From NCBI RefSeq assembly GCF_006345805.1, contig NC_043015.1, positions 21,700,001 through 21,764,000 on the forward strand: 64,000 nt of DNA, in the 5' to 3' direction. Positions 23,936-38,905 of this stretch are shown in pieces. The first letter of the stretch is position 1, and every line of letters starts with the position of its first letter. This DNA comes from Octopus sinensis (taxonomy: Eukaryota). Both the position numbers and the translations under genes were made by a program. The notes under the pieces are model-generated. The model was not told where the DNA came from. It saw nothing but the letters and a program-made list of their open reading frames with translations, and did no database searches.

Positions 23936-25550
23936 TAAAGGAGAAACACTGACGTATCCGATTAAATAGTTTAGTCGTCGAGAGACAAATAACTAAAACA
24001 GTTATAGTATAGTAATGTTGTATATTAACAAATTTACTTCTGCTAAATGTTTGAGGGCTACATTGATAGAATTTATTTACGAAGACAGAACAGTACATTT
24101 GAAAAGATTAAATTGAGTATTTATGCCTTATTTCATAAAGATTTCGATGGCAATTTACAGCTGTGTAATCGACAGAGGTGGTGATGGTTATATAGCCATA
24201 AATCCGGTTAAGAATTTGAGTGGGCTTTCCTTCCACATTTAATAAATAGATATATGTATATCCTCAAGACCGTGTCAAGGAAACCAAAGACCAGTACTTA
24301 TAAACGCAATACAATCCGGATATTTGACATAACTGAGCTACACAGGCCATCCTTTCTCATGTTTGTGTTCATAAATCATGTTAACAATCGAGTGGAGAGT
24401 GTTGTATCTGTATTTAAAGAAGGTATATTCACAAATTGTCACGTAAACGTATTGGATAAACGTGAAATAATATTTCGCGCATGTTTGAATATATATATTA
24501 CGTAAATATGCGTATACGCATATGCATGAACGCATGGACGTATGGGTGTGTGTATATGTGTGTGTGTGTGTGCGTGTGTACATGTGTGTGTGTGCGCATA
24601 TGTCTGTACACACATAAAATATAGACACAAACACTTGCATAAATCGCAAACGGTGTGGATTTTAAGGTTCTCTGTTGATGATTGCTAGAGTAACATTTCC
24701 TGAAATTGTCATTCAGATAAACCATTACCATTAAAACGATGATAGGAAGTAAATGACCCATTAACGTTCCTCTATTTTTGCGCCAGTAAATCATGTATAT
24801 AATTTACATCCTGCTCATTTTTGTCAGCCTCACCAATAACAAACACATCAGCAACAGAGTTAACGGCTACATCTTTAGCAAAGATAATACCCCATGGAAT
24901 TTGTCGCATTCGAAACGTTTATTAAAACTATAAGGATTATTTGAAATATATTGTGAAAATAAATATTAATGTCTTCAATCATCTTGCACCATTGTCGTTC
25001 TGGCAAATGTTTCCATTAAAGCAGCTGAAACGACCGTTGTTATCATAATTTCATGTTATTTAATTCGCCCTGCATCACGTTTATAGATAACGTAATGCAC
25101 GGCGAATTATTCGAATGATAAGGATTAATTGCATCTAAATTTGCGCACAAAGTAGTTAATATATTCCTAAACATTAATTGTTTTCTGTGAGAGTTAAACA
25201 TATTTCTGGATCGAATAAGGATCAAATACGTCTTATAAAATGATTGAATATTAAACTTAAAACAGTTTGGATAACGTCGCATCATTATAAAATAAATATG
25301 GAACCAGATATACAAATATTGGTAAATGTCTGTGTTTCGATCATTGAAAATAGAAGCACCTTATAAAATACGACAGTAATATATATAGTCACCAAGACAT
25401 ATGTCAAGTCATTGGATAATTGACTGAAAGCATGTTTTCATCAACTTATACACATATCTTTAAGAAATCTGAAAGTTTCTTTGACCTGTTCCTCTACAAG
25501 CAAAGCTACTATCTCGCGAAAAGAAGATTCGTAGAATTCCCGTTTCAATA

Positions 25551-25750
25551 AGACGGCGAGCTGGGAGAAAATTTGGACGCCGGGCGAAATGCTTAGTAGT
25601 ATTTCGTCTGCCTTTACGTTCTGAGTTCAGATTCCGGCGAGGTCGACTTTGCTATTCATCCTTTCGGAGTCGGTAAATTAATTAACAGTTGCTTACTGGG
25701 AATCGATCTAATCGACTGGCTCCCTCTCCCGAAATTTCGGGCTTTGTGCA
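25551..25750 (+). mobile_element. SINE family B
   Basis: GGCGAGCTGG..ACGCCGGGCGAAATGCTTAG..GTTCTGAGTTCA.ATTCCG.CGAGGTCGACTTTG. Confidence 0.88.
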
Positions 25751-26115
25751 ATGTTTCAATGATTCCTCCTCAATTTTATCACCACACATTTTAGTCTACA
25801 TTCAAACCGTTGCTGCAAAAGTTGAGAAAAATTATTGATATTATCTTACAAAGTCAATCTTTCTAAAACACTTGGAAATTATCAACATTTTCACATTTTT
25901 ATGATATAATTCTGTGTTTATGCGCTTCCAAGTAAACGCAAAACACTACATGATGTGAAATGTCACACCGATTTATGCTACATTGACACGACTCTTAGCT
26001 AGTGTTATATACTTTATTATAATCATCATCATCATCATCATCATCATCATTATTATTGTTGTTATTATTATTATTATCATTATTATTATTATCATCATCG
26101 TCATCATCATCATTA

Positions 26116-26200
<85 letters not shown>

Positions 26201-26704
26201 CATTATTGATTTACACAAAAGAACTTGCCAACATATATATTTTTCATAATGTTTTTTCCTCTTTAGTCGCAAAATACTTTGAGAAAATATCGCTATCTTC
26301 TTCAATAATACGAACGACCAACCACTCTTCAAATAATGCTTACATCGTCAGCCAAAAATATACTCCTGCGATACTATGATATAAACAGTGTTTGTTATTG
26401 TATTCAAATATTTGTTTGCCCTGCTTGCGTATTATATATCAGATAACATTGTTTTATTTTTCATTAGCATCCCAAACCAGGAACAAATATTTAGTTATAA
26501 GAATATATGTGGACATATATTCCGACACAGACACACAGACACACACACAGACACACATACACGCACACACACACACATTTATATATGATGAATCTGACAA
26601 AGATGTATATTTTACAGAGAGTCTCCAAGCAAACTTTTAGGCCCATTCATAGATCATAAATATATAGCTAGATAGTTAAACTTACCGTATATATATCTAT
26701 CTGT

Positions 26705-26900
26705 TACTTGTTTCAGTCATTTTACTGCGGCGATGCTATGGCACCGCCTTGATGGGTATTTTAGTAGACTATTCAACACCAGAGCGTACTTTTTACTTGT
26801 ATTATTCTATCGATCTGTCTTGCCAGACCATCAGGGTACGAGGCAACGGTAGCTGCCGTGAGGGACAAACCCAGACACAAATACACACGGACATAAATAT
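26705..26900 (-). mobile_element. SINE family A, 3' half
   Basis: Reverse complement of the shared tail: CTTGTTTCAGTCATTT.ACTGCGG..ATGCT..GCACCGCC. Confidence 0.75.
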
Positions 26901-27532
26901 ATAAACACACACACACACACATATATATACGTATGTATTAATATATATACACATATACATATATATAAATATAAATATATATATGTCTATATATATATAC
27001 ATACATACGCACACACACAAACACGCATACACACACACACATGTATATGTTCAAATAGATACAGTAGCAAAAAACTAAAAATAAATTCATACTCACCGTT
27101 AGATATGACAGAGAATATGATGCTCGGATGAAAGATATAATATCCTATATCAAATGACGGTATATACACGATTCATAGCAAAACGCCATTCATAATTTCG
27201 GAACTATGTGAATTTTCACACAAATCTACTTCGAAAAGCACCAAACAGCTGATTGAAAGAGTCACTGCGTTTAACCGAAATTCTAATTATATTTTTGTTT
27301 GTCGCCAACATCTTATTGAACTAATTACAAACTAATTGTAGGAGACAGCTTTACATTGTCTAAACGCTCCATCTTTGCCTTTTGTAATTCATAGTATGTC
27401 GCGTCTTCATCCTCCATTCCGTAATTGTACATGAAGCTGCACACATATACACAAACGCACAAAAACACACATACAAACACACACACATAGAGATATATCG
27501 ATAGATATCGCTCTAACGTGGTATATACATAC

Positions 27533-27575
<43 letters not shown>

Positions 27576-27580
27576 ATATA

Positions 27581-27977
27581 GGCGCAAGAGTGACTGTGTG
27601 GTAAGAAGCATGCTTTCCCAACCACATAGTTCTGGGTTCAGTCCTACTGTGTGGCCACTTGGGCAACTGTCTTCTACTGTAGCCTCAGGCCGACCAAAGC
27701 CTTGTGAATGGATTTGGTGGACGGGAACTGAAATAAGCCCTTCGTATACATATATGTGTATACGTGTGTGTGTGTGTAATTGTATGTATGTGTTTGTCTC
27801 CCCACAATCGCTTGACAACCGATGCTCGTGTGTTTATGTCCCCGTAATTTAGCGGTTCGGCTAAAAAGACGGATAGAATAAGTACTAGACTTACAAGGAA
27901 TAAATACCGGGATCGATTTGTTCGACAAAACGATGCTTCAGCATGACCGCAGTCAGAAACATGTAAAGGAGAAAAGA
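27581..27977 (+). mobile_element. SINE family A, full length
   Basis: Head, core, central microsatellite and tail are all present. Confidence 0.9.
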
Positions 27978-27995
27978 ATATGTATACATATATAC

Positions 27996-28083
<88 letters not shown>

Positions 28084-29543
28084 TTCTGCATGTATGTATG
28101 TCTATATCTATATATATGTATGAGCAGTATATATTATTTTTATATCTGATATAATTAGGAATTGACAAATTATTTAGTCAATATAAAGAGAGTCGAAGCT
28201 CCATTAGGATATTATGATGTTTTCTGGAATTTCAGTGCAATGAGTTAAATAGTAACTGTAGTTGAGTGAGTACACACACCCCATTCACACATAACACATA
28301 CAAAGTCACGTACACACATACACACGCACACGCACACACACACACACCACACACACACACACCACACACACACACCTACATTCACACAAACACAAATGTC
28401 AGTACAAGAAAAGTTACTGACCCAAAGAGTGTAAAGTGTACGCATATACATGTACGTATGTACGTGTGTAAGTAGAAATATTTGCATATGTAACGAAAAA
28501 TGTATTCAGAATAATGGCCAATTAAATTTCGGAGATGAACCTAGAGAAAAAGTCGTTCAGAAATAGACAAAATCTCCTGTTGATTATTTCTGGTCTCCAT
28601 CTTCGCTGTAAATTGTTTGAATTTTCTTGCAGTTGAACTCCAAGTCTGCTCTGTGTGATCATGCATATCACAAAGGGCATTTCATCCTTGAACCTCGCCT
28701 CATTGTACGATATTGTAGAACTATGGATCGTTAAGATTTTAAACTCTTATCTAGACGAGGTTTGGCGGTAAATTCTAGAATACAACAATCGATTGCTTGA
28801 GTTCGAGTCTGTAGCAGCAGAGTATAAAATGGTGTTTATGATATTATACACTCGTTTTGTTTTATTTTTTTTCAAGACAGAATTAGAGCTGGGGTGTGGA
28901 GTGATTTCATTTCCCTTTTCGCAGGATTGTTGATTTATATAATGGCAGCCATATCACTTCTGTCAAATAAATACGATATACACTTTATCACAAGATCTTG
29001 CAATTCGCATTGTTCCCATACTTCGAAACGACGTTTGATTTATACTTTTTGTTCTGGTTGAGGGTATGGTGGGAAAGTCTGTCGTTTCACTTGGTATTTT
29101 ACTGTCTTTTTTGACTGACTCTTATTCTCTAAATCTCTCTCTCTTTCTCCCTTTCTCTCTCTCTATGTGTGTACCTCTTTCTATTTCATTCTCCCCACTA
29201 GTCTGCATCTTTGTATCTCCTTCTCTCGCTAACTTTTTTGCTATCGTTTTGTTTTATTTACACATTTCCTATCTGATGACGTTTTACAGTTGAATCAGTC
29301 CCTAAGTCTGAAGATATTGTCCTATTTTCTTTCTGATTTATATTAACAAATAACATTATTTTATTTTATCTTTTTTGTTTCTTTTCGCCTACTTATTCTA
29401 GAATACGACTAATGTTGTTTCTTATTATACTGTTGTTTTTCTTATACATATTTACGTTCTTTCTATTCCAAGGAATTCCGTTTTATAAATAATGATGCCG
29501 ATAATAATACTAAAAACAGCTACAACAAAAACTTATACAGTAA

Positions 29544-29645
<102 letters not shown>

Positions 29646-29659
29646 TAATAATAGTTTCA

Positions 29660-30075
29660 AATTTTGACACAAGCGCAGCATTTTGAAAGAGGGATAATCC
29701 GATTACATAGACCCTTAACTTATCGACCCCAAAAGTATGAAAGGCAATACAATGTCGGCGGGATTTGAATTCAGAACATGGAGACTGACGAAATATCGCT
29801 AAATATTCATTCCAGTGTGTTACTGATTCTGTCAGCTCACCATCTTAATGATGATGACGACGATGATAATGATTATGATGATGATGATGATGATGCTGAT
29901 AATAATAATAATAATACTTTCTACTAGTCTTGAAAAATTTTGGGTGGAGTGAGGCCAGTCGGTTATATCAACCGCTATGCTTAGCTGGTAATTATTTCAT
30001 CGATCTCGAAAGGATGAAACACAAAGTCGACTTAGGCGGAATTTGATCTCGGAAACGTTAAGATTGACGAACTCG
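29660..30075 (-). mobile_element. Two decayed SINE family B copies separated by (GAT)n/(AAT)n
   Basis: ATCGACCCC.AAAG.ATGAAAGGCAA core near 29722 and again near 29998. Confidence 0.75.
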
Positions 30076-30786
30076 TAATGTAAGAATAATAATAGAAATA
30101 TAGAAGGAAATATTAGTAAAAAAACTTTAAAAAGTGTTAACGTTAAATTTAGAAAGAAAGTATTCCAGATCTCATGTAGAGACACAAGGAAATTATGGAA
30201 AAGCTAAGCGTAAAACCTTGCTTCACAAAAACCAAACCAAAACCTCCCCACGCCAGTAAAAAAGCAGAATAAAAAAAAACACACAAATAAACAAACAAAA
30301 AACAAAGAAACATTTTAAACAATAACACCAAAGAGTGAAATAAGAATCTATAAAGAATTCGTCAAATCAGAAACATAAACACAATCGAATGTCGAAAAAA
30401 AAAGACAAAAAATGAAAGAAACGAACCAATAAATTAAACAAAAAATTGTTTATTCTTGTGTGCTTGATTTTAATGTTTGTGCCTTACATTTGGTTGTGTG
30501 TGTTTTCGTTTTACCTATATACACTTTTTTGTCAGATTTGAATGCTATGTGTGTATATAAAAATGATATATTAGCAAAACAAATTCAGGGGCTATTATAG
30601 TATGCATCAGCGAACAACCTTAAATACACTTACATCGATAGTGTAGAATGTTATCCTGACTATTTGATAAGCAACAAGAACAGCACTATTATTGATTATA
30701 ACAACAACAACGACAACAACAATAATAATGACGATAAAAATAATATCTATTAAACAACTAGAGCTATGGAAGTATAGAAACGAGCA

Positions 30787-31686
30787 CACGAGGTGATATC
30801 AAAAAGTTCCCGGATTAGTTATACTTAATAAAAAATAATTTATTTACCTTAGTTTTAACAGCATCTCCTTCAAAATAGTTGCTTTGCGCTGCAGTACACC
30901 TGTCCCAGCGTTCCTGCCACTTCTAGAATCGTTTTCCGTAAGCGGGTAGAGGATATTCTGCGATTAACTCTTGATCTCGACAACGGTGTTAAAATCTTTT
31001 AACTGCCTTTTTAGTGTGTAGCAGCAATGGAAGTCTGCAGGTGCTAAATCTGGTGCAAGGGCGGGTGCGGAAACGATATCATGTTGTTTTGGGCGAGAAC
31101 CTCACGAGTGACGAGATACCGGTGACAGGGAACATCGTTGTCGTGAAGATTCCAATGCTTAGCGCACCTCAGTTCCGGTCGCTTTCACCGAATGTCTACG
31201 CTCGAAATTTTCAAAACCTCATTGTTTGTCCTCCGACGAACCTCATGCAGAATCTCAAGAACTTTCTCCACATTTCTCCAGGGTTGAAGCACGTGGAACT
31301 TTTCCAGGTTACTCACCGTGTTCCAGGGGGATTCTTTCGCATTTGAAGCGCCCGTAAGACTCGAATCGTTGCGTACATCATATTACCTTGTCTTGGTAAG
31401 CTTTCTGAAGATTTCTTAATGACTTGACTGTGTAGCAGAATTCCTAAGTTTAATGCAAAATTTCACGTTGGATCTTTATTCCAATTTCCTGTCCGTGACA
31501 AAAATCGCAGACTACTCGTAATCACAAACATACAAATTTCACAATTTGCGAAGTAAACTCAGCAAATATACTCGATACAATGTCTCATAAAAGTTACCGC
31601 TAGCTCTCACTGCACAAGCAACCGTGTGCTGCCATCTGTTGGCGCGCTACAGAAATAGTCGAGGAATGTTTTGATACCACATTCTG
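30787..31686 (-). mobile_element. Internally deleted mariner element with degenerate TIRs
   Basis: Left end CACGAGGTGATATCAAAAAGTTCCCGGA; the right end GTCGAGGAATGTTTTGATACCAC resembles its reverse complement. Minus-strand HTH-like and HDN..PHPP-like transposase fragments are present. Confidence 0.78.
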
Positions 31687-32069
31687 CGATTCGCAGCAAT
31701 GTGAGGGTTAAGAGCGAGTGTTGCCTTCTAATGTGTTTATGAAAAGTTAGATGAGAATAATACTGCTGGCGAGACTGAGTGGATCTACTTTCCTATGTAT
31801 GCCTTTTGCAGCAGGAGGAATGAAGATGGAATATGATACTTCTCGTGCCTTGGGGTAGTAAAATAATCCGGGGCACTTTGTGCGGGGTTTACACCACTTG
31901 CGCTATTGGGAATTCTATTAATTATTATTTCCTAATTTCTATTTTTATATATTTTTATATCATATTCTCAAATATTGTACTTCCCATTCACCCCATTCAC
32001 CATTCACCTAAAATTGTTTCTCTATTTTACTTCGTCCTCCATGTCCTGTAATAACAATAATATTATGTG

Positions 32070-32222
32070 ACCACCATATGTGACCACCAAATCGCGCACA
32101 TATGGTTGTGATGCATGTGTCTGGTGCACCCTTATCAGATGGGTAGCCATGATAGGTATATTAGGCTTCATATAATTGTACCCCAGTGTCACTTTGATGG
32201 CATGCACTGCTCTCTCACTCAA
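32070..32222 (+). mobile_element. Probable retroposon 3' end running into an (AAT)n tail
   Basis: ..TACCCCAGTGTCACTTTGATGGCATGCACTGCTCTCTCACTC|AATAAT. Family not identified. Confidence 0.4.
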
Positions 32223-32228
32223 TAATAA

Positions 32229-32308
<80 letters not shown>

Positions 32309-32350
32309 TAACAACAACAACAACAATAACAATATTAATAATAATAAAAT

Positions 32351-33530
32351 ACTGAAAGATATCAAGAGAAATAATATATCTGGAGCGAATATATTAATTA
32401 AAGCCTGCATCATCTATATAGGAAATAAAGTAGGCCTCGAACCAAACCGTAAATGTTGGGAAAGAAGAAAGAAAAGCTTGGTGGAAAACAAGAATGAAAC
32501 GATTAATGAAAGAAGCACGTAAACATATCAATATTTTGGAAAGGAAACAAAAAATTTAAAGCTAGGAGAAATATCAGGAACCAGAACGTAGATATAGGAT
32601 AGAGAAAAAGAGACTAAATGCAGTCCTTGAAAAGCTGAAACAAAGATCAATAGATTTAACTAAAGAATTGAACAACATAAAATCAACAGATTGCTCCAAT
32701 AAGACCAGATAGGTCAGCAGTAGTGAGAGATCAGATACTGAGGAAAGTAAAATGTTTTGGAGTAACATCTGCGATAAGGGAAGAAAGCATAACAAAGATG
32801 CTAAATCGTTGAAGGAGTTAAGACTGGAAAAATTGGAATTGAAACAGCAATATTAGAATAACGACTGAGATGATAATCGAACAGACAACAAAGGTCCCAA
32901 ACTGGAAATTCCCAGGGCTGTGTGGGGTACAAAAGATAATGGCTGGAAAATTTCGCGGCACTACACAGATGAATAGCCATGCAAATGGATAAAATCATCA
33001 ACAACTGTGTATAAATTACAAAGTGGCGGATGAGAGGTAAAACAATTCTTTGCCAAAAGGATACTAGCAGTGGATAATTCGCAGCCTATCACCTGTCTGC
33101 GTCTGATGTGGAAGCTGATGACAGGAATAGTATCTAATTATGTGCATAACTTCCTGGAAATGAATAATAAGCTGCCAGAAGAAAATAAAGGGCGCAGAAG
33201 GAAAAGCGTAGGGACAAATGACAGACAGATTTTTACTAGACGACTGCATGAAAAGACTTACTAATCTGAGCATAGCGTATATAAGAATGCGTATGACATG
33301 GTCCCCCATCCCTGGATTTATAAAGTCTGGAGCTGGTACAGGTGTCTGATAACATATCAAATTTTATTACGAGGTCAATGAAAAACTGGAGTACAGAGTT
33401 AAATTCATGTCGAAAATCTTTGGCGACGATTAACATCCAAGAGGTATATTTCAAGGAATTAGCCTATCACCATTAATGCTTGTGATTTATATCATATTCC
33501 TCACACAGATACTCCGTAACCTCAGTATAG
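32351..33530 (+). mobile_element. Heavily decayed R4/Dong-like RT fragment downstream of (AAT)n
   Basis: QPITCLRLMWKLMTGI, KGRRRKSVGTNDR, KNAYDMVPHPW and RGIFQGISLSPL fragments, with many lesions. Confidence 0.8.
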
Positions 33531-33740
33531 TATATTTCAGAACAGTGTTAGACAAGCATTGAGTAGAAATAAGAAAATGAAGATGACAAAGAAATAAAAA
33601 TGTTTATCCCATTTTCTTATATATATTCCCCGTAGGCTGGAAGTGTAAAATACATTTTTTTTCATTTTCCCGAGCGTCAAACTAATACACAACAACCTGT
33701 CTTCGTCTTTTGTTTTTCTGTAAATTTCAACTATAAATCA

Positions 33741-34740
33741 GGTCATCCCATAAGTTCTGTCCGTATTTTGAATAAAGAAAACAAGTGATCAAATGTTATA
33801 TTTAATCTAAGTTTAATCATCAGTATACTTTCCTTGATTATCTGTGACTTCCTTCCTTCAATTTACAAGATATTTAATCCCATCAATGTAAAACTATTTC
33901 GGTTTCAAAGCGAAGAGCTCTGAAATATTAGTTTCGACCTCCTCCTGGCTTGCAAAATTTATGTCCCACAAATGATTCTGTAGACTATGAAACAAATGGC
34001 AGTCTGAAGCAGAAAGGTCGGGAGAATAAGGTAAATGAAGAATTTTTTCCCAACCAAGCTCTTTGATCTTCTGTGATCTTTGCAGATAGAGAGACGGATC
34101 TTTTTTCCCATGATGTTGCCTTCTCGGCTGTGGTTGAGTTTTTCTCCTTGTACGAAGCCACTGTTTACGACATAACATTTCGATAGAAGAGCCGTTTCTC
34201 ATCACTAGTTACAAGTCTGTCCAAAAAGGGTGAAAAGAAATCGGAAGAGTGGAGAGAAGAGCAAATGTCAACTGGGGATATGCATTTGTTTTCGAATATT
34301 TCATGAGGTACCCATTTTCAAGTTTAGGAACCTCTCCAAGTTGTTGAAAAAGAAGATGACCAATTGTATGGTTTGAACTAAGCTGTATTGCAAATTCTTC
34401 CACTGATAATTATCGTCAAACTCAACTGGACGTCCTGTTCGATCTTCATCTTCAAGGTTGAAATCTCCATTTCTGAATTTTGTAAACAATCTTCTGAAAG
34501 TTCTGTCATTCAAACATTGTTTCCCATTAAACTGAGAGTATGTTTCGAGTCGTTTCGGCTGCAGAGTTTCCTTTATTGAACTCATAAATCATTACGTGCC
34601 TCAAATGCTCTTTGGATACTTCCATGTTAGAAAGTGTTTTAATCAGAGAAATTTTAATTCTATTATTGTGTAAATTAATATCTAATATGTTTAAATGTAC
34701 ACAAATGCATAAAAATAAATTTTAATTCCATTAGACTTTC
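33741..34740 (-). mobile_element. Decayed mariner transposon
   Basis: ORFs 34301..34585 (FRNGDFNLEDEDRTGRPVEFDD) and 33894..34205 (LGWEKILHLPYSPDLSASDCHLF). A TIR-like TCAGGTCATCCCATAAGTTCTGTCCG lies at 33741. Confidence 0.88.
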
Positions 34741-34769
34741 TAAAATATTATTAAATTACATCCAAATTT

Positions 34770-35200
34770 TAAAAAGGTAAAATCATTTCGCTGCACAGCT
34801 TCACGAATGTGACGAAGAAGTCCAATGTGGCATTCTTTGTTAATTGTCTGACCTTGTGGTGCATATTCACGGTGCCAATACCTCTGAGGTGCGGCAATAT
34901 TTCAACCAGTTGTACCACTCTTGTATTTGTGTTTTTATCTATAACATCATTTTCAAAGGCATTCAGAATTTTCTCGATAGTCTGGCCCTTCGTATCACCA
35001 TATTTTGGCAGCATTTGATACAGTATCTTTGCTCAATGCGTTTGGTCATCTCGACTCAAAAACTTAAATTGCACAGCACACACTTCACATCTCTACTCAA
35101 TGCGACTCTGCGGGCGAATAGCGCAACCCACAGACACGAAAATTTTTGCGAATGTTCAAGGAGGATGCAGCTAACTAATACCCATGCGGATTTTGCCCAC
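34770..35200 (-). mobile_element. Mariner transposase 5' fragment
   Basis: The minus strand reads MTKRIEQRYCIKCCQ...KTQIQEWYNWLK..RTS, a mariner N-terminal HTH region with frameshifts. Confidence 0.65.
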
Positions 35201-36531
35201 CCATTATTATTCGGGAAATAAAAATCAAGATAGAATACCTTTTGATTACACATCGTACATTTCGCGCTTTTACATAACAATAAATCTGCTATTTTAATAG
35301 AAATATTTCGCGTATGAATTCAGAGATTACTTTGAGTGTGTAAACAAATTAATTAAAAACGAAGAGGTGTAAGTTTTAGTCAAATAATTCATTCTATAAA
35401 TATTATCGAACATGGAAACGGATTTGTATTGTATGCATAACATCGCGTACGCTAAAGCGACGTTCTGTGTTCTGTGAATCCGTTCAATAGATTTTTATAT
35501 TATCATATAGAATATTATGTAACAATATAATTATAATACTGTGAAATCTCCCTAATTTTTCGTCATTTGACTCAACATTAACACTGTCAAGGTATATTCC
35601 GAAATCCTAATAACAACTCTTCGCAGAATAAGTTCAATATTACCGATGAATTGTTCGATATGTCTTTAGTATTTTGGGCACAATTCATGGGCGATGAGAA
35701 ATAAATGAGTAATCCAAACAAACGTAACAATTCCCGTAGTCTTTATGTCATCATTCACAGGCGGAGTGGACAGGTTTATTAAGAACAATAATATATATAC
35801 AGTTGTTAAAACACTTGCAAATTATCGCTTGGTCAAATCGTTTCTTTTTTCTGAGCAAATACTTGGTGGATTTTATACCTTCTTTTGTGATATCACATCA
35901 ATAGTCGCCATACATTGCTGTTTGTGCACCGTTGATATGAACATGCAATACAAATATAGTTATCTAACTATTCCTCGAGCAAAACGACTTATTTCTTAAT
36001 GTTATCTATGAAAGGCCCTGCAACGATATATTTAGTAGCGGCTAAAAATATAGCAGAGAGTCGAGATAACACCCGATTATCAGGCATGTTTTATTTGATT
36101 GCGTACAGAGGAACACGAAAATAATGCAGATCAGTAAACATTCTGAGGTAAGCGACGCTATTTTGCTTATCTTTAGGATAGGAAAGCATAATGGAACATT
36201 TCACTGGAGGATGTTTAGTTAGATTCTTGCATTTGTTATACAGAGCTTTTATAACATCGTGTGATATCATATATTGTATGAGAATACCAAGATTAAGAAA
36301 ATGAATAAACGCATTTAAAAAGGAAAATTCTATGTTGTTTTATCCTCTGTGTATCTATCGTATTTTCTTGTACCATGATATTTTGTGGATGTTAGAGATA
36401 AGCTGGCAAGTATTAAACGTCACTTTGTTTATTTGGTAAATCGATGCTTCGTCATTCCAATGTTCTGCACATCTCAATATTTGCTTTCCCTCTTGAAAAG
36501 GATATACCAGAAACACTATCATATATGTATA

Positions 36532-36567
<36 letters not shown>

Positions 36568-37000
36568 TTTCGATACGCTATATTATATTTAGAAAGTAAA
36601 TAGACTATTTTCTGCTTTCCCTTCTACTATTGATACAGTAACTTTCACTGTTGTTATAATATTTCAGACAAGCATATTTTCAGAATATACTACTTTCGTT
36701 GGATAATTTCTACCAATGGTGGATTGTAGGAGACCACGAGAAATTTTGCCCTTGTTCTTTGGCAAGTTTCGTATATATTACTGTAATGTTTAAAATATAT
36801 CACAATATACATAGATGCGCACGCAAACATACACATACATATATGTACACACACATAAACACACATATATACATATAAATACATAATACATACATATATA
36901 TATAAATATATATACATATATATACATTATATATGTATATATATATACACATATATATATGTGTATATTTATAATAGTACATATATACATACATATATAT

Positions 37001-37052
<52 letters not shown>

Positions 37053-37066
37053 GTATATATAGTTTT

Positions 37067-37129
37067 ATCTATCTATAAATGGTCTAATATATACACAGCC
37101 TTGGTTTTTATCTTGTTACGCAAAAAATT

Positions 37130-37181
<52 letters not shown>

Positions 37182-37273
37182 TCTATATATATATGTATAT
37201 TATTTTTTATATCTATCTATAAATGGTCTAATATATACACCAGCCTGTTTTTTATCTTGTTACGCAAAAAATT

Positions 37274-37277
<4 letters not shown>
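37067..37277. repeat. Tandem duplication (period 144) of a ~67-bp unique core between (TA)n tracts
   Basis: 37067-37133 is repeated at 37211-37277 with few differences. Confidence 0.9.
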
Positions 37278-37324
<47 letters not shown>

Positions 37325-38136
37325 ATATATATATATATATATATGCAAGTACCAATTCAAATTTCTGTCGTTTGTTTAGCAAGCATTTAATTTGAATGTG
37401 ACCAATAACCTCACCTTTGTATTAGAGATAGTAAAATAGCGTTGTGGCTGTCATACAGTTTCCAAGAGCATAAACTGTGTCCTCGAGTTTAATAGCAATA
37501 ACTCTTAGATTTTGAGAATGCGATTATCTCTTTGTTGTGCATAGGGAAATATGACTGACCAGGTCGGCAACTGTGTCTTACACAGCGAAATGAAATAATT
37601 TTGCACGTAAGCTAATCTATTTTGCATCGTCATTCGATGCTTTCATATCCATTGTTTTGAGGCACTGCCGTTTCAAAACATAGATCATGTTTTGAAATTA
37701 TTAAAAGTATGTGCAAAATTGCTTCATTTTGATTATCTTACTCTCTTAACAGAAATATGATACCAGGCATATCATATCAGGTCAAACTTTACACATCAGA
37801 TTGTAATAGGTAATATTTTCCATCGCTTTATAAACACATGTACATACACATACATGTTTGTATTTTTTTCATTCTTTTATTGTTTGAATGGTGTCGATTG
37901 TAGGATTCCCGCCATTCTGGACCAAAGGATCAATTTATTTTCTTCCAGTTCTGTCGTTTTGTTGCTGGAAGTTGGTGTATAATTGAATTTGAATCGGTTG
38001 ATCTTTCCTGAGGGCGTCCTTGAATGGTTGGCGGGTCCGATATCGGCAACAAACGTATCTATAATAGTTACTACATTCTGATCTCATCCAAAAGCAGCGA
38101 AACAATGAACTTAAGAAATGTATATATAATAATGAG

Positions 38137-38251
<115 letters not shown>

Positions 38252-38654
38252 ATATCTATCTATCTATCTACCACTCAATGTATGTATGTATGCATGTATC
38301 TATTTATCTATCTTTCTATCTATCTATCTATCTATCTATACATACACACACACACACACACATATACATCCGAATATATATATGGATTTAAAACAATGTT
38401 TAAGGTTGAAAAATATCTCATTTCTGGACTGCATATCTATTAGTAAACACACATATTATAAATATCATTTACAGCTTTCTTCGCTATAATGCAGTTTTAA
38501 GAGATGGCGAGCCAATATTTCAGCGCCTAATAGATTAAATGTTACAATATATCCATCTATTCATCCGTCCGGCTGTCAATTCATGCATGCATACATACAT
38601 ACATACGTTATACATACATACATACATACATACATACATACATTATACATACAT

Positions 38655-38905
38655 ACAATCCATAAGCTAGAAGGCAACAACAGCTTTGACAGATCTGTTG
38701 CATCCCACGTAGAAGGATATACCTGATAAACAAAGGAGACAAAAATACCACCAAACCACCATTTTGTGATTAAAAAATATTGACTCTGCTTTACCCGTGT
38801 GAAATAGACCACCCACATTATCAGTAGCTGCCACAAAATGTCTACGGGACACTGTCTGTCCCTGCGGCATGACATTGTTTCAAAGACTTTTTATGATGCG
38901 GGAAG
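38655..38905 (+). mobile_element. Remnant of a different RLE-type non-LTR retrotransposon
   Basis: Fragments read SHVEGY..YLINK.DK and THIISSCHKMSTGHCLSLRHDIVSKTFYDA (CCHC tail plus RHD motif), with frameshifts. Confidence 0.55.

Noticed and set aside
28530-28720. Short open frame on the minus strand as a possible host exon
   Set aside because: No recognisable protein similarity and weak splice signals; it needs RNA-seq.
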